A stretch of DNA of 64,000 bases, taken from positions 42,811 through 106,810 of the forward strand of contig JAJEBV010000043.1 of NCBI GenBank assembly GCA_022822365.1. Direction: 5' to 3'. The stretch's first letter is position 1; each line of letters opens with the position of its first letter. This DNA is from Thermoanaerobaculia bacterium (GTDB taxonomy: Bacteria; Acidobacteriota; Thermoanaerobaculia; Multivoradales; Multivoraceae). This document shows positions 58,927-64,000 of this stretch, one piece after another. A program made the position numbers and the translations under genes. The notes beneath the pieces were generated by a model. The model did not search any database and was not told the DNA's origin. It saw only the letters and a program-made list of their open reading frames with translations.

Positions 58927-60356
58927 GTGACCGGAAAGCGACGCCGAACCGCTGCGGCCGCGGCCGTGTTGCTCCTCGTATGCGGCGCCTGCGGGCCTGA
59001 CGCGGAGCCAGCCGGACCGTCGTCGCCTGCTCCACCCAACGTCGTCATCATCCTGACCGACGACATGGGCTACGGCGATCTGTCCTCCTACGGCCACCCG
59101 CTCATCCGCACGCCCCACGTCGACCGGCTGGCGGTCGAAGGCCAGCGATGGACGTCGTTCTACGCCTCGAGCCCGCTGTGCAACCCGAGCCGCATCGCGC
59201 TCGCGACCGGCCGGATGCCGATCCGCATCCAGGGAGGCGAGTTGAACCGCTGGTCCAACCTTCCCGCCGATGAGACGACTCTGGGCGACATGTTCCAGGC
59301 CGCCGGCTACGCCACCGCCTACGTCGGCAAGTGGGGCATGTCCGGCCGCTTCGCGGACGGCGGGGTGCACCCCAACGGCGCGGGCTTCGACTACTTCTAC
59401 GGCGTCGAGGAGTTCAACGACGGCGGCCGGCGGCCGGAAGTCCCCCACACCTACGAAGGAATGAAGAACGCGACCAGCGAGGATTTGTCTTCTCGCTGTT
59501 CCGGCAGAAGGAAGCCATCGAAACGCCGACCCACCAGCCGACCCTGACCCGGCGCTACACGGAGGAATCGGTGGCCTGGCTGGAAAGGCAGATCGAGGCC
59601 GGTTCGCCGTTCTTTCTCTACCTCAGCCACACGATGCCGCATGTACCGATCTTCCGTTCGCCCGAGTTCGAGGGCCACAGCAAGGCCGGCCTCTACGGCG
59701 ACGTGATCGAGGAACTTGACTGGTCGGTCGGCGAAGTCGTTGCAGCCCTGGAGGAAGGCGGCGTAGCCGGCGACACCCTGGTCATCTTCTCGAGCGATAA
59801 CGGCCCCTGGCTCACCTACTACGACCTGGGCGGCTCGCCCGGCCCGTTCCGGGACGGCAAGCACACCGCCTGGGAAGGCGGCTTCCGGGTCCCCGGCGTG
59901 TTCTGGTGGCCTGGCACGATCCGGCCGGCGACCATCGACGGCATCGGCGTCCAGGTCGACCTGATGGCGACCCTCGCCGCCATCACCGGCGCCGAACCGC
60001 CGGACCGCGACCTCGACTCGATCGACCTCTCCGGCACCGTGCTTCGCGGCGAGCCCAGTCCGCGGAACGAGTGGTTCTACTACGGCACCCGTGGCCGGCT
60101 GTGGGCCTACCGGGTCGGCGATCACAAGCTGGTACTCGAGTCCTGGGAGTCCCTGGGCGGGGAAGGCGAACTCGCCTGGCGCGGCTTCGACAACGAGCAG
60201 GTCCACGATCCCCCGCTGCTGTTCGACCTCAGCACCGACCTGGGAGAACGGTTCGACATCGCGGCCCGGCACCCGGAGATCGTCGAGCGGATCGAGAAAG
60301 CGATCGAGCGCCACCGCCAGGCGGTCGGCGGACCGGCGTTACAATCCGTTCCATGA
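58927..60356 (+). pseudogene. Sulfatase split by a single-base frameshift (real or sequencing error)
   Basis: The N-half (TDDMGYGD, CNPSRIALATGR, GKWG) is in one frame and the C-half ([22 protein letters not shown]) in another. The junction is at GGATTTGTC 59481-59489; one extra T restores EDFVFSLFRQ. Confidence 0.85.
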
Positions 60357-61018
60357 GCTGGTTCTTCAACAAGGCCCGCATGCCGGGACCGGGCGAGGCG
60401 CTTCCAGGCCGCGCCGAGGCGATCCCCGTGCCCGCGCGCCACCACGTCCTCGACGCGCCGATCGCGCCGCCCTACCCGGACGGCAGTGAGCTGGCGATGT
60501 TCGGCCTTGGCTGCTTCTGGGGCGCCGAGCGGAAGTTCTGGGAAGCCCCCGGAGTCATCACGACCGCGGTCGGCTACGCCGCGGGCGCCACTCCGAACCC
60601 GACCTACCAGGAGGTCTGCAGCGGGCTGACCGGCCACAACGAGGTGGTCCAGGTCGTCTTCGACCCCGAACGCATCTCGTACGACGAGCTGCTTCGCATC
60701 TTCTGGGAAAGCCACGACCCCACCCAGGGCATGCGCCAGGGGAATGATGTCGGCACCCAGTACCGCTCCGGGATCTACGCCTGCTCCGAAGCGCAGCGAC
60801 GGGCGGCGAAGGCCTCTCTCGCGGCCTATCAGCAGCGGCTCATCGCCTCCGGCTACGGGCCGATCACGACGGAGATCCTCGACGCGCCCGACTTCTACTT
60901 CGCCGAGGACTACCACCAGCAGTACCTGGCAAAGAACCCCGGCGGCTACTGCGGCCTGGGCGGCACCGGGGTGGCCTGCCAGACCGGACTCGAGGTGCCG
61001 GCACGGCAGGCGGTCTGA
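60353..61018 (+). CDS. msrA: Peptide methionine sulfoxide reductase A
   Basis: [39 protein letters not shown] and [12 protein letters not shown] 60353. Confidence 0.97.
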   Translation: MSWFFNKARMPGPGEALPGRAEAIPVPARHHVLDAPIAPPYPDGSELAMFGLGCFWGAERKFWEAPGVITTAVGYAAGATPNPTYQEVCSGLTGHNEVVQVVFDPERISYDELLRIFWESHDPTQGMRQGNDVGTQYRSGIYACSEAQRRAAKASLAAYQQRLIASGYGPITTEILDAPDFYFAEDYHQQYLAKNPGGYCGLGGTGVACQTGLEVPARQAV

Positions 61019-61038
61019 AGGCCGGAAGGAGGAGAGAG

Positions 61039-61275
61039 ATGGCGGACAAGCCTGCGGGCATCACCGGCGGTCTCGGCTGGCTGCTCTTCCTCGGCGGCGT
61101 CCTGGCCCTGGTCGGTTTCGCGATCTACGCCCTCGCCGTCGACGACGAAGCGCCCGTCTACATCAAGCTGGGCGTCGTCGCTGTCTACGGCGGTCTGGCG
61201 CTCCTGCTGCTGTCGGTGCTCCGGCAGCAGTTGGTCGCCCGCAAGACGGACAGGTACAAGAACGTACAGCGATGA
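61039..61275 (+). CDS. Small two-TM membrane protein
   Basis: Strong RBS, two hydrophobic helices and C-terminal KTDRYKNVQR. Confidence 0.75.
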   Translation: MADKPAGITGGLGWLLFLGGVLALVGFAIYALAVDDEAPVYIKLGVVAVYGGLALLLLSVLRQQLVARKTDRYKNVQR

Positions 61276-61286
61276 GGGCCCCCTGA

Positions 61287-61607
61287 ATGCTGATTGCAAC
61301 TACCGAGACGATCGCCGGACACGACATCACGCAAACGCTGGGGCTGGTACGCGGCAACACGATTCGCGCCCGCCACGTCGGCAGGGACATAACGGCCGCG
61401 CTCCGCAACCTGGTCGGCGGCGAGGTCACGGAGTACACGAAGATGGTCGCCGAGAGCCGCGAGCAGGCGCTCGACCGCATGGTCGCTGAGGCGGAGAGCC
61501 TGGGCGCCGACGCCGTTGTCGCCGTGCGCTTCACGACATCCGTGATCACCAGCGGCGCCGCGGAGCTGCTGGCGGTGGGGACCGCAGTCAAGCTCCAGCG
61601 ACGCTAG
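61287..61607 (+). CDS. ybjQ: YbjQ/UPF0145 family protein
   Basis: TTETIAG, GLVRG, LRNLVGGEVTEY, AESLGADAVVAVRF and VGTAVK. Confidence 0.92.
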   Translation: MLIATTETIAGHDITQTLGLVRGNTIRARHVGRDITAALRNLVGGEVTEYTKMVAESREQALDRMVAEAESLGADAVVAVRFTTSVITSGAAELLAVGTAVKLQRR

Positions 61608-61613
61608 CTATAG

Positions 61614-62723
61614 CTAGCGCAAGCCCATTCGCTCCAGCACTCCCGCGACGAGCAGCGGCCACACGAGCGTCGCGTCCGCCGGGACCTCCGCGAAGCGGCC
61701 GCCTTCTTCGACCGGGACGAACTTGCCCCAGGACACCCCCTCGCTGTAGCCGCAGCCCGAGAGACCGCCCCAGTGCTCCGGCTCGGGGCAGATCCGTACG
61801 CCGTAACGAAACCGCCTGGGCGGCGCGTCTTCGCCCTCCCGGCGCGCCGCCGCCTCCAGGTACGGCGCCACTTGCTGCGCCCAGTTCCGCGGCACGCCGC
61901 CGCCGACGGTGAAGATGCCGAGCCGCTTCGCCCCGGCGACGAGTTCCGTGTAGTGCTCCAGGTCGAGGAACGGGTCGAACCGGATCGGCGCCTCTCCGCG
62001 CCGGCGCCGGGCCCGGTTGAACAGCGCAAAGTCGAGCCCGATCTCCGAGTCGGTGAACGCGGGCACGTAGACCGGAACGCCGCGCCGCCAGGCGGAAGAC
62101 AGCACACCGCGGACCGGCGCGACATCTTCGTCCGGGCCCGCCGGCGCCGAGGCTCCCTCCGCTTCGGTCAGCCACCGCCCGAACGCCTCGTTCAGCAGGC
62201 GCGAGCAGGCGACCTCGCCTTCGGGCCATTGCTCCAGGACCGAGTGAACGATCAACTCCACGCGGTCCAGGTTGCTCTCCAGTTCGAGCGTGTCGTAGAT
62301 CCGGTCGTAGCCGGAGTAGTAGGCGGTGCGATCGTCGAGCTTGCCCGCCGGCGCCTTGAAGTGGACCATCCCGGCCGACTCGACGAAGCCGTGGACCATC
62401 AGTGCCCCGGTGCAGACGATCGCGTCGAGCAACCCGTGGTCGATCATGTCGCAGAGGACCAGCCCCTGCTTCGCCGCGGTCATCGCGCCGGTGAACGTGC
62501 CGACGACCAGGCAGTCCGGATCGACCGCCATCTCCTGGAGCACGTCCGCCGCCTCGCCAAGCTGACGGCCCCCGAAGGAGGTCGACTTCATCGCCGCGAG
62601 CAGTTCCGAGAAGGAACCGACGGCGCTCAGATCGAGCGGCGCGAGCGGTTCCAGTCCCTCTCCGTCGCTGAACTCCGTCGCGCGCCGCGCTTCGCCCGGA
62701 GGCCTGGGGGGTCGTTCGTTCAT
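61614..62723 (-). CDS. Deoxyhypusine synthase-like protein (probable homospermidine synthase)
   Basis: [46 protein letters not shown] and ADAT. Confidence 0.88.
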   Translation of the reverse strand: MNERPPRPPGEARRATEFSDGEGLEPLAPLDLSAVGSFSELLAAMKSTSFGGRQLGEAADVLQEMAVDPDCLVVGTFTGAMTAAKQGLVLCDMIDHGLLDAIVCTGALMVHGFVESAGMVHFKAPAGKLDDRTAYYSGYDRIYDTLELESNLDRVELIVHSVLEQWPEGEVACSRLLNEAFGRWLTEAEGASAPAGPDEDVAPVRGVLSSAWRRGVPVYVPAFTDSEIGLDFALFNRARRRRGEAPIRFDPFLDLEHYTELVAGAKRLGIFTVGGGVPRNWAQQVAPYLEAAARREGEDAPPRRFRYGVRICPEPEHWGGLSGCGYSEGVSWGKFVPVEEGGRFAEVPADATLVWPLLVAGVLERMGLR

Positions 62724-62773
62724 GAGGCCAGCCCCAAGCTATCGCGGCAGGCGGGACGCATGCCGGAGCGGTT

Positions 62774-62789
62774 CGGCCCGATTCTTGCT
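62774..62789 (+). promoter_or_regulatory. Possible sigma54 -24/-12 promoter
   Basis: CGGCCCGATTCTTGCT has GG-N10-GC spacing with TTGC, upstream of the enhancer-binding protein gene. Confidence 0.4.
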
Positions 62790-62802
62790 GCCAGGAGCAA
62801 CC

Positions 62803-64000
62803 ATGACAGACCGGACTTGGGCTGTGACAGGATCCCTCGGCTGGCCCGTTGTGAACTCACGCGAACCCAGGGAACTCGAACTCCTCTACCGCCTGAGTCA
62901 GACCCTCGGCGAGAGCCTCGAACTGCGTGACGTCACCCGGCCCGCGCTCGAGACCCTGGCCGAACACCTGAAGCTCAAGCACGGCACGATCACGCTGCTC
63001 AACCGGAAGACCGGCGAGATCACGGTCGAGGTCGCGCACGGACTGAGCGGGGAGCAGATCGCGGAGGCCCGCTACCGTCTCGGCGAAGGCGTGACCGGCC
63101 AGGTGATCGAGACGGGCGAGGCCCGGGTGATCCCGAAGACGAGCGAGTCCGAGACGTTCCTCGACCGGACGCGGCGCGGCAAGAGCGCGGAAGTCTCCTT
63201 TCTCTGCGTGCCCATCCGCACCGGCAACGAGACCTACGGCGCGCTGAGCGTCGACCGGACCTACGATCCTGACCACGACCTGAACGACGATGTCCGTCTG
63301 CTCCTCATCGCCGGTTCCCTGATCGCCCAGGCGGTCAAGCTCCGCCGCACCGCCGAGGAGGAGCGGGAACAGCTCGAGGAGGAGAACGAGCGTCTGCGGG
63401 CACAGCTCCGCGACCGCTTCCGGCCCGCCAACATCGTCGGCAACTCGCACGAGATGCAGGAGGTCTACGACCAGATCGCGACCGTCTCGAGCAGCAACAC
63501 GAGCGTCCTGATCACCGGCGAAACCGGCACCGGCAAGGAACTCGTCGCCCAGGCCATCCACTACAACAGCGCCCGTTCCGACCGCCCCTTCGTCAAGGTC
63601 CACTGCGCCGCGCTGCCCGAGAGCGTGATCGAGAGCGAGCTGTTCGGGCACGAACGCGGCGCCTTCACCGGCGCGATCCAGCAGCGCAAGGGACGCTTCG
63701 AACTCGCCCACACCGGCACGATCTTCCTCGACGAAGTCGGCGACGTGCCGCTCCTGATCCAGATCAAGATGCTGCGGGTGCTGCAGGAACGCGAGTTCGA
63801 GCGGGTCGGCGGCACGCGGACGCTGCGGGCGGACGTGCGGATCATCGCCGCCACGAACAAGGACCTGTCCGCGATGACCGCGAACGGCGCGTTCCGCGAG
63901 GACCTGTTCTACCGCCTGAACGTCTTCCCGATCCACGTGCCGCCGCTGCGCAAGCGCAAGTCGGACATCGTCCAGCTGGCCGACTTCTTTCTGGAGCGCT
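62803..64000 (+). CDS. GAF + AAA+ sigma54 enhancer-binding protein (NifA-like), 3'-partial
   Basis: Absent from the ORF track because it runs off the end. Manual translation gives a GAF domain (GEGVTG, FLCVPI, GALSVD), then [29 protein letters not shown] and [14 protein letters not shown]. Start is ATG 62803 or GTG 62851. Confidence 0.92.
   Translation, partial: MTDRTWAVTGSLGWPVVNSREPRELELLYRLSQTLGESLELRDVTRPALETLAEHLKLKHGTITLLNRKTGEITVEVAHGLSGEQIAEARYRLGEGVTGQVIETGEARVIPKTSESETFLDRTRRGKSAEVSFLCVPIRTGNETYGALSVDRTYDPDHDLNDDVRLLLIAGSLIAQAVKLRRTAEEEREQLEEENERLRAQLRDRFRPANIVGNSHEMQEVYDQIATVSSSNTSVLITGETGTGKELVAQAIHYNSARSDRPFVKVHCAALPESVIESELFGHERGAFTGAIQQRKGRFELAHTGTIFLDEVGDVPLLIQIKMLRVLQEREFERVGGTRTLRADVRIIAATNKDLSAMTANGAFREDLFYRLNVFPIHVPPLRKRKSDIVQLADFFLER

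Noticed and set aside
62857-63936. Minus-strand 359-aa ORF
   Set aside because: Antisense shadow of the plus-strand sigma54 activator, which the ORF track missed because it has no stop in the window.
62803-64000. Calling the activator nifA and inferring nitrogen fixation
   Set aside because: GAF-AAA+ architecture is shared by many enhancer-binding proteins, and no nif genes are in the window.

Overview
A high-GC bacterial window, almost entirely protein-coding. By eye I found no rRNA, tRNA, CRISPR array or integrase/transposase. Gene content (DUF3604, PQQ propellers, VCBS proteins, sulfatases, many TA/RM genes) resembles Acidobacteriota-type marine or host-associated genomes; this is inference only. 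Layout: (1) 1-13.8 kb: a co-oriented run of a propeller/PHP-like metallohydrolase, a His-rich Ni/Co-type transporter, a P1B heavy-metal ATPase fused to an HflK-like SPFH domain, a His-tailed HflC-like protein, a free HflK-like protein and a small membrane protein, followed by DUF1214, a sulfotransferase, two SDRs and an SRPBCC protein. The ATPase-SPFH operon has no ftsH nearby and is the best candidate for an undescribed system (a metal pump built into an HflK/C-type cage). (2) 14-27.9 kb: a defence island around a type I RM operon, with a SIR2 gene in the prrC position, an MNT-HsdS fusion and three apparently disarmed toxins. (3) 27.9-39.8 kb: a PhoD-like phosphatase, a DUF5916 protein, an atypical MTase/nuclease pair, and a duplicated VCBS gene pair with four palindromic TetR-type operators. 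(4) 39.9-64 kb: PQQ dehydrogenases, hydrolases, rarA, sulfatases (one frameshifted), an AbiE-like pair, a sulfite dehydrogenase with cytochrome c, msrA, a DHS-like enzyme and a partial NifA-like regulator. A REP/REPIN-like repeat family sits in intergenic DNA and inside protein termini. All family calls come from motif recognition, not database searches.
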